Part shown: positions 26,939 to 37,838 of the stretch, piece by piece
Layout: each line of letters begins with the position of its first letter
Numbering within the stretch: the first letter of the stretch is position 1
Assembly (NCBI GenBank): GCA_021775915.1
Contig: JAJFGW010000047.1
Coordinates: 32,282-96,281, forward strand
Source of the DNA: Alphaproteobacteria bacterium
Lineage (GTDB): Bacteria > Pseudomonadota > Alphaproteobacteria > Micavibrionales > Micavibrionaceae
Length of the DNA: 64,000 nt
Direction: 5' to 3'
Notes under the pieces: generated by a model
Told to the model about the DNA's origin: nothing
The model's database searches: none
The model's input: only the letters and a program-made list of their open reading frames with translations
Translations under genes and position numbers: made by a program

Positions 26939-29074
26939 TTACCCGTTAGCTTCTTTTTTTTCGTCTTTGGAGATCTCTTCGCCGGTTTCCTGATCGACGC
27001 GCTTCATGGAAAGTTTCACTTTACCGCGATCATCCATGCCAATAACAAGAACCTTAACCTCGTCACCTTCGTTGATGACGTCAGTGGTTTTCGCTGTGCG
27101 GGCATCTTGTAGTTCAGAGATATGAACCAGACCGTCCTTGGCACCCATAAAGTTAACAAAGGCACCGAAATCAACACATTTGACGACTTTACCGTTATAG
27201 ACTTTGCCAACTTCCGGCTCTTCAGTCAGGCTCTTGATCCAGTCAACGGCTTTGTCGATGGAAGGCTGATCGACAGCAGCAACCTTGATTGTGCCGTCAT
27301 CATCAATATCAATTTTAGCGCCGGTTTCTTCGGTGATTTCGCGAATAACTTTACCGCCAGTACCGATCACATCGCGGATTTTATCAACCGGGACTTTGAT
27401 TGTTACGATTTGCGGTGCAAATTCACTGGTTTCGTTACGGGCGCCATCAAGTGCCTTGGCCATCTCACCAAGAATGTGGATACGACCATCTTTGGCCTGC
27501 GCCAAAGCGATCTTCATGATTTCCTCGGTAATGGAGGTAATCTTGATGTCCATTTGAAGGCTGGTGATACCAGCTTCCGTACCGGCAACTTTGAAGTCCA
27601 TATCGCCAAGATGATCTTCATCACCCAGAATGTCGGACAGAACGGCAAAGTCTTTGTCTTCTTTGATAAGGCCCATGGCAATACCGGCCACAGGTTTTGC
27701 CAAAGGAACACCGGCGTCCATCATAGCGAGTGATGTACCGCAAACTGTTGCCATAGAAGACGAACCGTTTGATTCCGTGATCTCGGAAACATTCCGCATT
27801 GTGTATGGGAAGCTTTCGCTATCGGGCAGTAATGGGTGGATGGCGCGCCATGCCAGTTTACCGTGACCAATTTCGCGCCGACCCGGAGGGCCCATGCGAC
27901 CAGCTTCACCGACAGAGTAAGGCGGGAAGTTGTAATGAAGCATAAAGCGCTCGCGATATTCACCAGCCAGCGCGTCCATGATTTGCTCATCTTGCCCGGT
28001 GCCAAGCGTTGTAACAACAAGCGCCTGTGTTTCGCCGCGTGTAAACAGGGCGGAACCGTGAGCGCGGGGAAGGATACCGACTTCAGCAACAATAGGACGG
28101 ACAGTTTTAGTGTCGCGGCCATCAATGCGGTTGCCGGTTTTGATGATATCGCCACGGACAACATCGGCCTCAACGCCTTTGAATTTACCGCCAATGACAG
28201 CCTTTGTCAGGCCGTTTTCTTCATCAAGGAACTTTTCAGAGGCTTTATTGCGGACTTCGCTCAAAGCTTCCTGACGTTTTACTTTGTCTTGAATGCCGTA
28301 AGCTTTGGTAACATCGGCGCCGTATTCCTTTTTGAGGTCTTCAGCCAGTTTTACGATGTTTTCCGGTGTCTCTGGAATATCCCAAGGCTCTTTGGCACAC
28401 ATTTCAGCCAGATCAATGATCGTGTTAATGACAGGCTGGAAACCCTTCCAGCCGTGCATGACAGCGCCAAGCATGACATCTTCGTCAAGTTCGCTTGCTT
28501 CTGATTCAACCATCAAAACGCCTTCCTGCGTTCCGGCAACAACAAGGTCAAGGTTTGACTCTTCCATCTGTTGTACGGTTGGGTTCAGAACATATTCGTT
28601 GTTCACATAGCCAACGCGTGTACCGGCAATCGGCCCCATGAAAGGCAGCCCTGAAATAGTCAGCGCAGCAGAACAACCGATCATGGCAACCATGTCCGGG
28701 TCGTTTTCCATGTCGTGGGCAATTACTGTGGCGATAACTTGTACCTCATTCATGAAGCCTTTTGGGAAAAGCGGACGGATAGGGCGGTCAATAAGACGAG
28801 ACGTTAGTGTTTCTTTTTCACTAGGGCGTGCTTCACGTTTGAAAAAGCCGCCGGGAATTTTACCCGCAGCATAAGCTTTTTCCTGATAGTGAACGGACAG
28901 GGGAAAGAAATCCTGACCTTCACGCAGGCTTTTGGCGCCGGTTACGGCACATAAAACACTGGTTCCGCCGAGCGTGGCAATAACACAGCCATGGGCTTGA
29001 CGGGCAACTTTTCCTGTTTCGAGAACAAGAGTTCTTCCTGCAAATTCAACTTCTTTGCGATAGATATTAAACAT
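26939..29074 (-). CDS. pnp: polyribonucleotide nucleotidyltransferase (PNPase)
   Basis: Has two RNase PH domains plus KH and S1 ([20 protein letters not shown]). PNPase-like over its full length. Confidence 0.93.
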   Translation of the reverse strand: MFNIYRKEVEFAGRTLVLETGKVARQAHGCVIATLGGTSVLCAVTGAKSLREGQDFFPLSVHYQEKAYAAGKIPGGFFKREARPSEKETLTSRLIDRPIRPLFPKGFMNEVQVIATVIAHDMENDPDMVAMIGCSAALTISGLPFMGPIAGTRVGYVNNEYVLNPTVQQMEESNLDLVVAGTQEGVLMVESEASELDEDVMLGAVMHGWKGFQPVINTIIDLAEMCAKEPWDIPETPENIVKLAEDLKKEYGADVTKAYGIQDKVKRQEALSEVRNKASEKFLDEENGLTKAVIGGKFKGVEADVVRGDIIKTGNRIDGRDTKTVRPIVAEVGILPRAHGSALFTRGETQALVVTTLGTGQDEQIMDALAGEYRERFMLHYNFPPYSVGEAGRMGPPGRREIGHGKLAWRAIHPLLPDSESFPYTMRNVSEITESNGSSSMATVCGTSLAMMDAGVPLAKPVAGIAMGLIKEDKDFAVLSDILGDEDHLGDMDFKVAGTEAGITSLQMDIKITSITEEIMKIALAQAKDGRIHILGEMAKALDGARNETSEFAPQIVTIKVPVDKIRDVIGTGGKVIREITEETGAKIDIDDDGTIKVAAVDQPSIDKAVDWIKSLTEEPEVGKVYNGKVVKCVDFGAFVNFMGAKDGLVHISELQDARTAKTTDVINEGDEVKVLVIGMDDRGKVKLSMKRVDQETGEEISKDEKKEANG

Positions 29075-29344
29075 ATAGTTTAGTCCTTTTCATTTGTTTG
29101 TTTCCCTCTCCCTTGAGGGGGAATTTTTCCAATACTCCAAGGACGGTGGAAAGGCTTGCGGTGGACAGTAGGCAGCGGTTCTTGACATATATGTGGGGAA
29201 CCGATGTCAACAGTCAACCGTAGACCGGTCACCATCCTTGACAGCAGCGCATTTAATGGCATGATTACAATGGAAAGTCAAAAAAAATCACGACCTACTC
29301 AAGCGTAAATATTAATTTTTTAACCTTTTTGCAAGGAGCAAATA

Positions 29345-29542
29345 ATGAAAACCACTCATTTTGTAACCAACTTTGTTAGTCCGACTTTACTTTATATGAG
29401 CATCGTCCTTTATTTTATATGCGGTTTGAGCATCGTTGCTTCATTGGGCAGAGATTCAGGGTTTCTCATTTTAGGCCTTGTTGCCTTTATTCTTGCTTAT
29501 AATAGTTGGCACTTTGGTAAAAAAGCCCAGGACGAAAAATGA
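29345..29542 (+). CDS. small 2-TM membrane protein translationally coupled to gpmA
   Basis: Has a strong AAGGAG Shine-Dalgarno 6 nt upstream and two hydrophobic helices. Its stop overlaps the gpmA ATG (ATGA). Confidence 0.5.
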   Translation: MKTTHFVTNFVSPTLLYMSIVLYFICGLSIVASLGRDSGFLILGLVAFILAYNSWHFGKKAQDEK

Positions 29543-30177
29543 GCAATTATCTCGTATTATTACGTCACGGACAAAGTCAGTGGAACCTGGAGAATCGTTT
29601 CACGGGCTTTAAGAACGTTGATATTAGCGAAAACGGTGAAAAGGAGGCGCTGCTCGCCGGGCAGCGCCTTAAGGAAGCCGGTATTGAGTTTGATACCGTT
29701 TTTACCAGTACGTTAAAACGGGCCTTTAATACCGCTGAAATTGCGCTGACAGAGGCCGGGCAGGGCGCCCTTATTCCCCATATGACCAAACATGATGATC
29801 TGCGTGAGCGTGATTACGGTGATCTTACCGGACAGAATAAGGACGAGGCACGGGAAGAATTTGGTGAAGAGCAGGTGCATATCTGGCGCCGCTCTTACGA
29901 TGTGCCGCCGCCGGGCGGAGAATGCTTGCAGGACGTCGTGGAAAACCGCGTCAGGCCTTATTATGAAACGAACATCAAGCCGCTTGTTAATGAGGGCGAG
30001 AACGTTCTTATTGCCGCACATGGTAATTCTTTGCGTGCGATGCTGATTATTTTGGGTGCTGAAACGCCGGACACGATCAATAAGGCCGAAATGCCAACGG
30101 GTGTACCGCTTGTCTTTGAGATGGAAGACGGGCAGATCAGGAACAAGTATTTCCTGCAGGACAAAGAAGCGGCTTAA
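29539..30177 (+). CDS. gpmA: 2,3-bisphosphoglycerate-dependent phosphoglycerate mutase
   Basis: Has the LRHGQSQWN catalytic His motif and AAHGNSLRA. Confidence 0.9.
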   Translation: MSNYLVLLRHGQSQWNLENRFTGFKNVDISENGEKEALLAGQRLKEAGIEFDTVFTSTLKRAFNTAEIALTEAGQGALIPHMTKHDDLRERDYGDLTGQNKDEAREEFGEEQVHIWRRSYDVPPPGGECLQDVVENRVRPYYETNIKPLVNEGENVLIAAHGNSLRAMLIILGAETPDTINKAEMPTGVPLVFEMEDGQIRNKYFLQDKEAA

Positions 30178-30198
30178 TTTTTGTTTTACCGAGAGTTA

Positions 30199-30690
30199 TT
30201 AGATAGATGCTGGATTGTGCGCTGGCATCTTTGGCATGCTTATGTCTTCTGATTGCTGTGTTAGTTTTGAGTAGTGTTCCCACTTCATAGGTTGGTGTAT
30301 TGAAGCGCGCCAGCCTTCCATTTGGAGGCGGTGCTCCTGCCGTTCCAGAATTTGCAGGGCTTCTGCCTTTGTACAAATAGAGCGCCCGTCTTTTTTGGAT
30401 GTTAAGGATGTTTCAGACGTTTTGTTGCCGCCGCTGACTTCTGGCTCATTGTGCCGGCTTTTTGTTACAAGATGAACGGTGTATTTATCGTCATCTAGTT
30501 TTCTCGCTTCGGCGTAGGTGTACTGGACATAAGGAATATGACGTGAAATTATCACAGTGCCAGATGTTCTTACGCCACAGGAAGTTTTCTTTTTAAGCCA
30601 GTAGGTGGACATACGTTCTTCGGGCATAAACGCGGAACGTGCGTATGATGCAGCCATTGTGAACAGGTCTCTTAATTTTTTGATTTCCAT
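30199..30690 (-). CDS. hypothetical protein (163 aa) directly downstream of rpsO
   Basis: The ORF starts 15 nt after the rpsO stop. No domain was recognised. Confidence 0.45.
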   Translation of the reverse strand: MEIKKLRDLFTMAASYARSAFMPEERMSTYWLKKKTSCGVRTSGTVIISRHIPYVQYTYAEARKLDDDKYTVHLVTKSRHNEPEVSGGNKTSETSLTSKKDGRSICTKAEALQILERQEHRLQMEGWRASIHQPMKWEHYSKLTQQSEDISMPKMPAHNPASI

Positions 30691-30705
30691 GAGAAAGTTT
30701 CCTTT

Positions 30706-30975
30706 CTATCTTCTGATATTCAAACGCTTGATCAGGTCCTGATAGCGGCCTTCTTCTTTGCCTTTGAGGTAATCCAGCAATTTACGGCGCTTTGCGACCA
30801 TGAAGAGCAAACCACGGCGGCTGTGCACGTCTTTTTTGTGGTCTTGCATGTGACCTGAGAGGTTGTTGATCCGTTCGGTCAGGATAGCAACTTGTACTTC
30901 CGGTGAACCGGTGTCGCCTTTTTTAGTTTCGTATTCGCCAATAACTTTTTGTTTACGTTCTGCAGTAATCGACAT
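30706..30975 (-). CDS. rpsO: 30S ribosomal protein S15
   Basis: An 89-aa protein with ...[37 protein letters not shown]. Confidence 0.95.
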   Translation of the reverse strand: MSITAERKQKVIGEYETKKGDTGSPEVQVAILTERINNLSGHMQDHKKDVHSRRGLLFMVAKRRKLLDYLKGKEEGRYQDLIKRLNIRR

Positions 30976-30990
30976 CGTTTTCTCCTTTAT

Positions 30991-31926
30991 CTATAAGTTT
31001 AATACACGTATCGGCGAAATTTCTACGCCTTCTATGTTCACAAGGGCAATCGGTTTGCCTTTATAAACGGCGAGGGCGGTAGCATCTTCTTCTATATCAT
31101 CTATGTCTATGCCCGCATTGTAGAGTCTATCTACATCCGGGCGGGCGACAAATAGAAGCGTTTGCCCGTTCTTTAGCCGTGACGCTTCCTGTTCGCTTAT
31201 GGCCAGTGCCGGGATGTCGTCTAGCACGGTCTCGACAGGAAGGAGCGCACTATCTCCGATTTCCTCTAGTTTTGCAAGAGAAATCGCACTGTCCAGCGTA
31301 AAGCAGCCAACGGCTTCGCGGCGTAGATCTGTAATATAACCGACCGTTCCGAGCTCTTTTGCCATGTCGCGGGCGAGGGAGCGCATATAGGTGCCTTTAC
31401 CGCAGACACAGCGGAAGCGCGCACTATTATTATCGGGCGCTGTTTCCAGCAATTCAAGGCTGTTAATATAAGCCGGGCGGGACTTCATTTCCGGTTCCTT
31501 GCCTGCGCGGGCCAGGTCATAGGCGCGCTGTCCGTCGATTTTAATCGCGGAAAAGGCGGGCGGGGTTTGCTCTATACCGCCTGTGAAACGCGGTAGGGCA
31601 GCTTTAATAGCGGCTTCGTCCGGGCGGTTATCGGATGTTTCGGTGATCTCGCCTTCAGCATCGTCGGTATTGCGCGCTTCGCCCCAGATTACGGTGAAGA
31701 TATAAGTTTTCAAGGCATCCTGACAATAGGGGATGGTTTTGGTGGCCTCACCCAGTGCAATCGGCAGGATGCCCGTCGCCAGCGGGTCAAGCGTCCCGGC
31801 ATGCCCGACTTTCTGTGCATTTAGAAAACGCCGAACTTTCCCGATGGCCTGCGTGGATGTCATGCCCTCCGGCTTGTCCAGATTGATCCAGCCATTAACG
31901 ATGTCGCCTTTGCGTCGTCTGGCCAT
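30991..31926 (-). CDS. truB: tRNA pseudouridine(55) synthase
   Basis: Has the catalytic Asp motif KVGHAGTLDPLATGILP. Confidence 0.9.
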   Translation of the reverse strand: MARRRKGDIVNGWINLDKPEGMTSTQAIGKVRRFLNAQKVGHAGTLDPLATGILPIALGEATKTIPYCQDALKTYIFTVIWGEARNTDDAEGEITETSDNRPDEAAIKAALPRFTGGIEQTPPAFSAIKIDGQRAYDLARAGKEPEMKSRPAYINSLELLETAPDNNSARFRCVCGKGTYMRSLARDMAKELGTVGYITDLRREAVGCFTLDSAISLAKLEEIGDSALLPVETVLDDIPALAISEQEASRLKNGQTLLFVARPDVDRLYNAGIDIDDIEEDATALAVYKGKPIALVNIEGVEISPIRVLNL

Positions 31927-32303
31927 TATCCACGTGTTTCGGGTAATGAATTCAGTATCCGCTCAATCCTCTGTGCTTCTTCGAAGCTTTGGTCGATGAC
32001 AAAGTGGATGCGGGGGGTGAATTTCAGGTTGGAGCTGCGGTTTATTTCTTTTTGGAAATAGGGGGCGGCTTTGTTGAGGGCGGGCAGGAGCTCGTCCATT
32101 TCCGCATCACCAAGACCAATAACATAGACGGTGGCCTTTTTGAGATCGGGGGTTGTTCTTACTTCTGAAACGGTGATGTTTGCTGCGCCATCTAGAAGCG
32201 CTTCTTCATAAAAACCGCCGCGTTGCAGGGTTTCGGCAATCATATGCCGTATCTGTTCTCCAACGCGGAGCTGTCTTTGGGATGGGCCGGAATTGTGAGA
32301 CAT
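31926..32303 (-). CDS. rbfA: ribosome-binding factor A
   Basis: The sequence QRQLRVGEQIRHMIAETL... is RbfA-like. The ATG at 32303 lies just after the infB stop, so the tracked extension into infB was rejected. Confidence 0.85.
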   Translation of the reverse strand: MSHNSGPSQRQLRVGEQIRHMIAETLQRGGFYEEALLDGAANITVSEVRTTPDLKKATVYVIGLGDAEMDELLPALNKAAPYFQKEINRSSNLKFTPRIHFVIDQSFEEAQRIERILNSLPETRG

Positions 32304-32307
32304 TTTT

Positions 32308-34812
32308 TTACTCGACCGTGCGGGCGACCTCGATAATCTCATAACATTCAATGATATCGTCTTCCTTGATGTCTTCGTAGTTTTCAAAGGCCATGCCGCA
32401 TTCCGTGCCTTCCTTGACCTCTTTGACTTCGTCTTTGTGACGTTTCAGAGTTTTCAAGGTGCCTTCGTGAATAACGACGTCATCACGCAACAGGCGCACT
32501 TTGGCACCGCGCTTAACGCTACCGGTCGTCACATCACAACCGGCGACATTACCGGCCTTCGTTATGCGGAAGACCTGTTTGATTTTTGCCTGGCCAAGAT
32601 ATTCTTCGCGTTCTACCGGCGCGAGCATACCTGTCAGGATTTGTTTGGCATCATCAATGACATCGTAAATGACGTTATAGTAGCGAATGTCAGTGCCATT
32701 TTTTTCGGCCAGTTCACGAGCTTGTGGGTTGGCACGGACGTTAAACCCGATGATTATACCGCCAGAGGCATCGGCCAGAATAACATCGGATTCCGTTATC
32801 CCGCCTGCGCCAGAGTGTAATACACGAATATGAACGTCTTCGTTCTCTTCCTTGATTTTGTCCAGCGAGCCTATAATGGCTTCAACAGAGCCATGGACAT
32901 CACCTTTAATGACAAGCTCCAGGTGGTTTTTTTGCTCTTTCTCGCTATGGGCCAGAAGATCTTCAAAGGAGCTGCCACCCGCAGAGATAACGCTAGCGCG
33001 TTCGCGTTTTTTGCGGTCGCGATATTCAGCGATGTCGCGGGCATGCGCTTCATCTTCAACGATAACAAATTGATCTCCGGATTCTGGCGTGTCGTTGCTG
33101 CCTAAAATCTCGACAGGTTTACCGGGGCCCGCTTCTTCAACATTTTTTCCTTGATCATCTATCATGGCGCGGACGCGGCCCGATGTTTTTCCGGCAACAA
33201 ATATATCACCAATACGCAGGGTTCCTCGTTCTACCAGGATAGTGGCAACACTGCCCCGGCCTTTGTCCAGTTTTGCTTCAACGACAGTCCCTACAGCGCT
33301 TCTGTTCGGGTTGGCTTTAATCTCCAGTAAATCAGCCTGCAGGAGAATAGCGTCTTCCAGTGCATCGAGGTTTGTTTTCTGTTTGGCTGACACTTCAATA
33401 CATTGTGTGTCACCACCTAAATCCTCGGAAATGACTTCATATTGCAGCAGGTCATTTTTAACTTTCTGGACGTTGGCATCTGGCAGGTCAACTTTATTGA
33501 TCGCGACAATAAGAGGGACGCCAGCCGCTTTGGCGTGGTTAATAGCCTCTATGGTCTGTGGCATAATGCTGTCATTAGCGGCAACGACGAGAATAACAAT
33601 ATCCGTTACATTGGCACCGCGCGAACGCATCTCGGTAAAGGCCGCGTGGCCCGGTGTATCAAGGAACGTGATTTTCCCGCCGTCTTCCCGGGTAACTTGA
33701 TAGGCTCCGATATGCTGGGTAATGCCGCCAGCTTCGCCGGCCACGACATCAGCACCACGCAGGGCATCAAGAAGGGAGGTTTTTCCGTGATCGACATGGC
33801 CCATAATTGTAACGACAGGCGGCCGCGTTATCATATCTTCGGGGTTATCTTCATCACCCTCGATGCCGATTTCAATATCAGCATCAGTGACACGTTTTAC
33901 GGTGTGTCCAAATTCGTGAATGATGAGCTCGGCGGTGTCGGCATCAATTGTTTCATTAACAGTCGCCATCACATCTATTTTCATGAGTTCTCTGATAACG
34001 TCATGACCGCGCTCGGCCATACGATTGGCGAGCTCCTGAACCGTAATTGTTTCGGGGAGAACAACTTCTCTCGTTATTTTTTGCTCTTCTTGCCCTTGCA
34101 GTGCCATGCGCGCTCTTTCCCGTGCTCTCTTTTGAGCTGCGAGGGAAGGGCCACGATCACGGGCATAATCTTCGTTTAGAACCTGTGTTACGGTTATCTT
34201 GCCACGGCGGCGGCCTGCCGGTGTTCTGGTGGGGCGCCTTTGTGTTTGGCGTTTCATGCGGGCGCGGTAGCTTTCTTCTTCTTCTTTGTCCGCAGTGGAA
34301 ATATCTTTTTTTATTTTAGCGTGTGGGTCTTCTTGTTTGAGCATTGTGGCTTCTTGTTTCGCGTGGTCTTGCTTTACACGCTCTTCTTCTTCAATTTTTT
34401 GAAGCTCTGCCAGTTCTTTTTGTCGTTGTTGTTCTTCTTCTTTGGCTTTTTTGTCTTCAACTTCTTTTTCTTCGGCGTCTTGTTTTGGAGCTTTTGCAGC
34501 TTCCTCTTTCTTTTTCTGCGCTGTTTCTTCAGCCTCTTTCAAGGCACGCATACGGGATTCGCGCTCTTTAGATGTGAGCTGCTGTAATTCGCTTTGTTCT
34601 TCGTTCGGGGAATCTGGAGAAGAGGGCGGAGAGACGTCCGCAGGAGTTGCGCGCTTACGTCTGACTTCCACAGCAACTGTTTTGCCGCGACCATGAGAAA
34701 CGCTTTGGTTTTTTTGCGCAACAGGAGGCTTTGAACCAGCCTTGAGGCTTAAGGTTCCTTTGCCCAGAGAGAGCGTCTTCTTTTCTTTTTCTTTGTCTTT
34801 CGTTTCGCTCAT
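32308..34812 (-). CDS. infB: translation initiation factor IF-2
   Basis: Has the GTPase core [24 protein letters not shown] and NKVD, and a Lys/Glu-rich low-complexity N-terminus. Confidence 0.95.
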   Translation of the reverse strand: MSETKDKEKEKKTLSLGKGTLSLKAGSKPPVAQKNQSVSHGRGKTVAVEVRRKRATPADVSPPSSPDSPNEEQSELQQLTSKERESRMRALKEAEETAQKKKEEAAKAPKQDAEEKEVEDKKAKEEEQQRQKELAELQKIEEEERVKQDHAKQEATMLKQEDPHAKIKKDISTADKEEEESYRARMKRQTQRRPTRTPAGRRRGKITVTQVLNEDYARDRGPSLAAQKRARERARMALQGQEEQKITREVVLPETITVQELANRMAERGHDVIRELMKIDVMATVNETIDADTAELIIHEFGHTVKRVTDADIEIGIEGDEDNPEDMITRPPVVTIMGHVDHGKTSLLDALRGADVVAGEAGGITQHIGAYQVTREDGGKITFLDTPGHAAFTEMRSRGANVTDIVILVVAANDSIMPQTIEAINHAKAAGVPLIVAINKVDLPDANVQKVKNDLLQYEVISEDLGGDTQCIEVSAKQKTNLDALEDAILLQADLLEIKANPNRSAVGTVVEAKLDKGRGSVATILVERGTLRIGDIFVAGKTSGRVRAMIDDQGKNVEEAGPGKPVEILGSNDTPESGDQFVIVEDEAHARDIAEYRDRKKRERASVISAGGSSFEDLLAHSEKEQKNHLELVIKGDVHGSVEAIIGSLDKIKEENEDVHIRVLHSGAGGITESDVILADASGGIIIGFNVRANPQARELAEKNGTDIRYYNVIYDVIDDAKQILTGMLAPVEREEYLGQAKIKQVFRITKAGNVAGCDVTTGSVKRGAKVRLLRDDVVIHEGTLKTLKRHKDEVKEVKEGTECGMAFENYEDIKEDDIIECYEIIEVARTVE

Positions 34813-34877
34813 TCGCTGTCCTTTTACACGTTTTCAAACTGCAGTACCATAGCATAGTCTTTATCTTAAGCATCACC

Positions 34878-36515
34878 TTAAGCATTGCCAGCAGCTTCAG
34901 TCTTGATTTCTTCTTCAGCAATGGCAGCAGGGTCTTCAACAGTTTCTGCCGTTTCTGGTGTTATTTCTGTGATGTTTTGCTCATCAGCAGAATCTTCTTC
35001 GCTTTTTTCTTGTTCTTCTTGTTGTGCGTCCTCGCCCTCAAACCAATGGGCACGGGCAACCATGATAAGTTTTTCGGCCTCTGGGGCGGTTATAGTTTCT
35101 GCGCCCAGAAGTTCAACGAGTTCGTCTGTTGCCAGATCAGCAAGATCATCACGGTTTCTTATATCATTTTCGCCAAGTTTAACAATGATGTGGGGTGAAA
35201 TCCCTTCAAGTTCAACAAGGTCATCCTTGATTTTAAGCTCTTTCTGTTTTTTATCGAGCTCTTTTTGCTGTTCATCCAGCCACAATTTAGCTCGTTCTTG
35301 CAGTGCCATGGCTATTTCTTCTTCAAAGCCTTCAACGTGAGACAGCTCTTCAATGGCTGTTTCCGCTATTTCCTCAATTGTTGTAAAGCCTTCTGCAACA
35401 AGCAGGTGAGCAATCATTTCATCAACATCAAGTGCGGCAATAAAGAGGGTAGAGCGTTTGTTGAACTCTTCGGCACGACGGTTTGATTCTTCCTCTTCGG
35501 TCAGGATATCAATATCCCAGCCTGTTAGAATAGAGGCCAGACGCACATTTTGACCGCGGCGGCCAATGGCAAGACTTAGCTGTTCATCAGGGACAACAAC
35601 TTCCATACGTTTGCTGACCTCGTCCAGAACGACTTTAGCGACTTCGGCTGGAGAAAGTGCATTGACGGCAAAGCTGGCAATGTCTTCGCTCCATGGCACG
35701 ATGTCGATTTTTTCGCCTTGCAACTCATTAACAACGGCTTGTACGCGGCTACCGCGCATACCAACACAGGCACCAACCGGGTCAATTGAACCATCGTTGG
35801 AATATACTGCGATTTTGGCGCGGCTGCCGGGGTCGCGAGCTACTGATTTTATTTCAATGATTCCATCGTAAATTTCTGGCACTTCCTGTGTGAACAGTTT
35901 GCCCATGAATTCCGGACGGCAGCGTGAAAGGAAAATTTGAGGTCCGCGCTGTTCTTGACGGACATCATAGATAAAGGCCCGTACGCGTTCGCCATTTTTA
36001 AAATGTTCGCGGGGCAGGGCTTCATCACGGCGTAGTAGCGCTTCGGCGCGGCCACCAATATCAACCGTGGTGTTGCCGTATTCAACACGTTTTACAGCGC
36101 CGTTAATCATTTCACCAATGCGGTCTTTGAATTCTTCAAACTGTTGCTCACGCTCGGCTTCGCGGACTTTTTGTACGATAACCTGTTTGGCGGTTTGAGC
36201 GGCAATCCGGCCAAAATCCAGAGGAGGAAGCTCATCAATCAAAAACTCGCCAACGGTCACATCTTTTTGGATGCGCTGTGCTTCGGCCAGAGTCAGTTGA
36301 TTGGTTTCGTCTTCGATCTCTTCAACAACTTCGCGGTAGCGTTTCAGGTCAATATCGCCTGACTCTCGGTCAATATGAGCGCGAATGTCATGGTCATGAC
36401 CATATTTGGAACGCCCGGCTTTTTGAATGGCTTCTTCCAAAGCCTCAACAACAATTTCCCGGTCGATATTTTTTTCGCGTGCGACAGCGTCGGCTACCTG
36501 TAAAAGTTCAGTCAT
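34878..36515 (-). CDS. nusA: transcription termination/antitermination factor NusA (with acidic C-terminal tail)
   Basis: Has NusA N-terminal, S1 and two KH domains (...GACVGMRGSRVQAVVNELQGEKIDIV...) plus HhH repeats and a Glu/Asp-rich tail. Confidence 0.93.
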   Translation of the reverse strand: MTELLQVADAVAREKNIDREIVVEALEEAIQKAGRSKYGHDHDIRAHIDRESGDIDLKRYREVVEEIEDETNQLTLAEAQRIQKDVTVGEFLIDELPPLDFGRIAAQTAKQVIVQKVREAEREQQFEEFKDRIGEMINGAVKRVEYGNTTVDIGGRAEALLRRDEALPREHFKNGERVRAFIYDVRQEQRGPQIFLSRCRPEFMGKLFTQEVPEIYDGIIEIKSVARDPGSRAKIAVYSNDGSIDPVGACVGMRGSRVQAVVNELQGEKIDIVPWSEDIASFAVNALSPAEVAKVVLDEVSKRMEVVVPDEQLSLAIGRRGQNVRLASILTGWDIDILTEEEESNRRAEEFNKRSTLFIAALDVDEMIAHLLVAEGFTTIEEIAETAIEELSHVEGFEEEIAMALQERAKLWLDEQQKELDKKQKELKIKDDLVELEGISPHIIVKLGENDIRNRDDLADLATDELVELLGAETITAPEAEKLIMVARAHWFEGEDAQQEEQEKSEEDSADEQNITEITPETAETVEDPAAIAEEEIKTEAAGNA

Positions 36516-36526
36516 CGTTTCCTCGT

Positions 36527-37045
36527 TTAAGCTTTGCTTTCGTTAATTTTATTACCCTTGTTTCGTCTTAATAATTCGTCAGTCAGAACCAGTTTTGCTT
36601 TTTCTATAGTGTCAAAAGGCAAATTGATCAGCCCTGCATCGGTGTCTAGTAAGACCTCATTGTTTTCGTCTATGCCTTTGATGTGGCCACGAAAACGTTT
36701 TTGGCCTTCGTGAGGCTGTAATATTTCTATTTTTGCTTCAAATCCTTTAAAATCGGCGAAATCCTGCTCCTTTATGAGCGGCCTGTCAATGCCCGGTGAG
36801 CTTATTTCCAGTCTGTAGTTGCCTTTTATGGGGTCTTCAACATCCAGAAGGGCTGAAATTTCACGGCTGATTTCAGCGCATTCGTCAACGCCCAGATTTC
36901 TCGTTTCCGGGTTTTCCGCCATTATTTGCAGGTTTTGCCCTTGCAGGCTAACAGATACCAGCGCCAGCCCTTTATCTACGATAAGGGGCTCAATAATCTC
37001 AACTATTTCTTTTTCAACAGGGTTTTGTTTCATAGTCTCTTTCAA
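36527..37045 (-). CDS. rimP: ribosome maturation factor RimP
   Basis: YRLEISSPGIDRPL is the RimP signature, and the gene is located upstream of nusA. Confidence 0.88.
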   Translation of the reverse strand: MKETMKQNPVEKEIVEIIEPLIVDKGLALVSVSLQGQNLQIMAENPETRNLGVDECAEISREISALLDVEDPIKGNYRLEISSPGIDRPLIKEQDFADFKGFEAKIEILQPHEGQKRFRGHIKGIDENNEVLLDTDAGLINLPFDTIEKAKLVLTDELLRRNKGNKINESKA

Positions 37046-37063
37046 AATTCGGCAACAAAAAAG

Positions 37064-37097
37064 GCGGGCCTCTTTATGAGCCCACCCTTATCAATTC
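37064..37097 (-). terminator. leader intrinsic terminator/attenuator upstream of rimP-nusA-infB
   Basis: The minus strand reads GGTGGGC-TC ATAAA GAGGCCCGCC followed by TTTTTTGTT. It ends about 20 nt before the rimP ATG. Confidence 0.5.
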
Positions 37098-37121
37098 CGG
37101 GTTTTGCGGGAAATATAGGGA

Positions 37122-37150
37122 TTTAGGAGCAAAAAGGCAAGTAAATTCTT
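37122..37150 (-). promoter_or_regulatory. candidate sigma70-type promoter of the rimP-nusA leader
   Basis: The minus strand has TTGCCT, a 17-nt spacer and TATATT. The predicted start site lies upstream of the leader hairpin. Confidence 0.35.
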
Positions 37151-37221
37151 TATTGACATAACACTTTAAAGCTTGTACCCTCGTCGGAGTTTTTAGATTT
37201 AGTAAGGAAAAGGATTTCAGG

Positions 37222-37830
37222 ATGGGTTCACTACTCAGTTATTTTAACGGTCTGCTTGAGGATTACCGTGAGCAGAAAAAGATCGACAAGCTTTTTACAT
37301 GTGCTTTGTCTTCCATTAGTAGTCGTAGCAACGTAAGAGCGCTGGCGCTTTTTCTAAATACGCCTTTTAGCAGGTCACAGAGCGATGCGCTTTTAAGGAA
37401 GGCTATTGATACGGATAACGTCGAAGTATTTAAGACAGTGCTGGAACATGTTGCTAAAAACAACCTTAACCATAAGCTGGTGCAGCATTTCGGTATGCTG
37501 GGTTCTGGTCATTCTTATTACGAAGAACAATCCCTTCTTTATCTAGCCCTTGTGAATGAAAAACAGAACATAGTGCTTTGGCTTGCAGAAAAACCGGAGC
37601 TAGACATTAGTAATTCCGGATATCACAGCAAAACCGTATATCATAGCGGTGGTTTTTTAGGCTCAGGCCATACTGAGGAAGAAAAAAAGTATTATGACTT
37701 ACCTTTGACGGTTGCAGAGAAAAAGAATATGGAATCCGTTATTGCCGTTCTGGCGAATAGGACTGCTGATTTAAAAGTTCAGGAAGCTATGGGTTTGAGA
37801 GCAAAAGCAGCGCGGCATGCCCCTGCCTAG
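37222..37830 (+). CDS. hypothetical protein, possibly degenerate ankyrin-like repeats
   Basis: Segments such as ALLRKAIDTDNVEVFKTVLEH and SLLYLALVNEKQNIVLWLAE resemble the helical part of ANK repeats. The match is weak. Confidence 0.4.
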   Translation: MGSLLSYFNGLLEDYREQKKIDKLFTCALSSISSRSNVRALALFLNTPFSRSQSDALLRKAIDTDNVEVFKTVLEHVAKNNLNHKLVQHFGMLGSGHSYYEEQSLLYLALVNEKQNIVLWLAEKPELDISNSGYHSKTVYHSGGFLGSGHTEEEKKYYDLPLTVAEKKNMESVIAVLANRTADLKVQEAMGLRAKAARHAPA

Positions 37831-37838
37831 GCATTTTT

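Noticed and set aside
29107-29128. Plus-strand hairpin plus T-run (TCTCCC-TTGA-GGGGGA-ATTTTT) as an intrinsic terminator
   Set aside because: There is no plus-strand gene upstream to terminate. It lies in the minus-strand pnp 5' leader, so I treat it as a leader hairpin or repeat relative of the suf hairpin.
34240-34587. Phe/Leu-rich ORFs that look like membrane proteins
   Set aside because: They are the antisense reading of the Lys/Glu-rich (AAG/GAA) low-complexity N-terminus of IF-2, so they are a compositional artefact.
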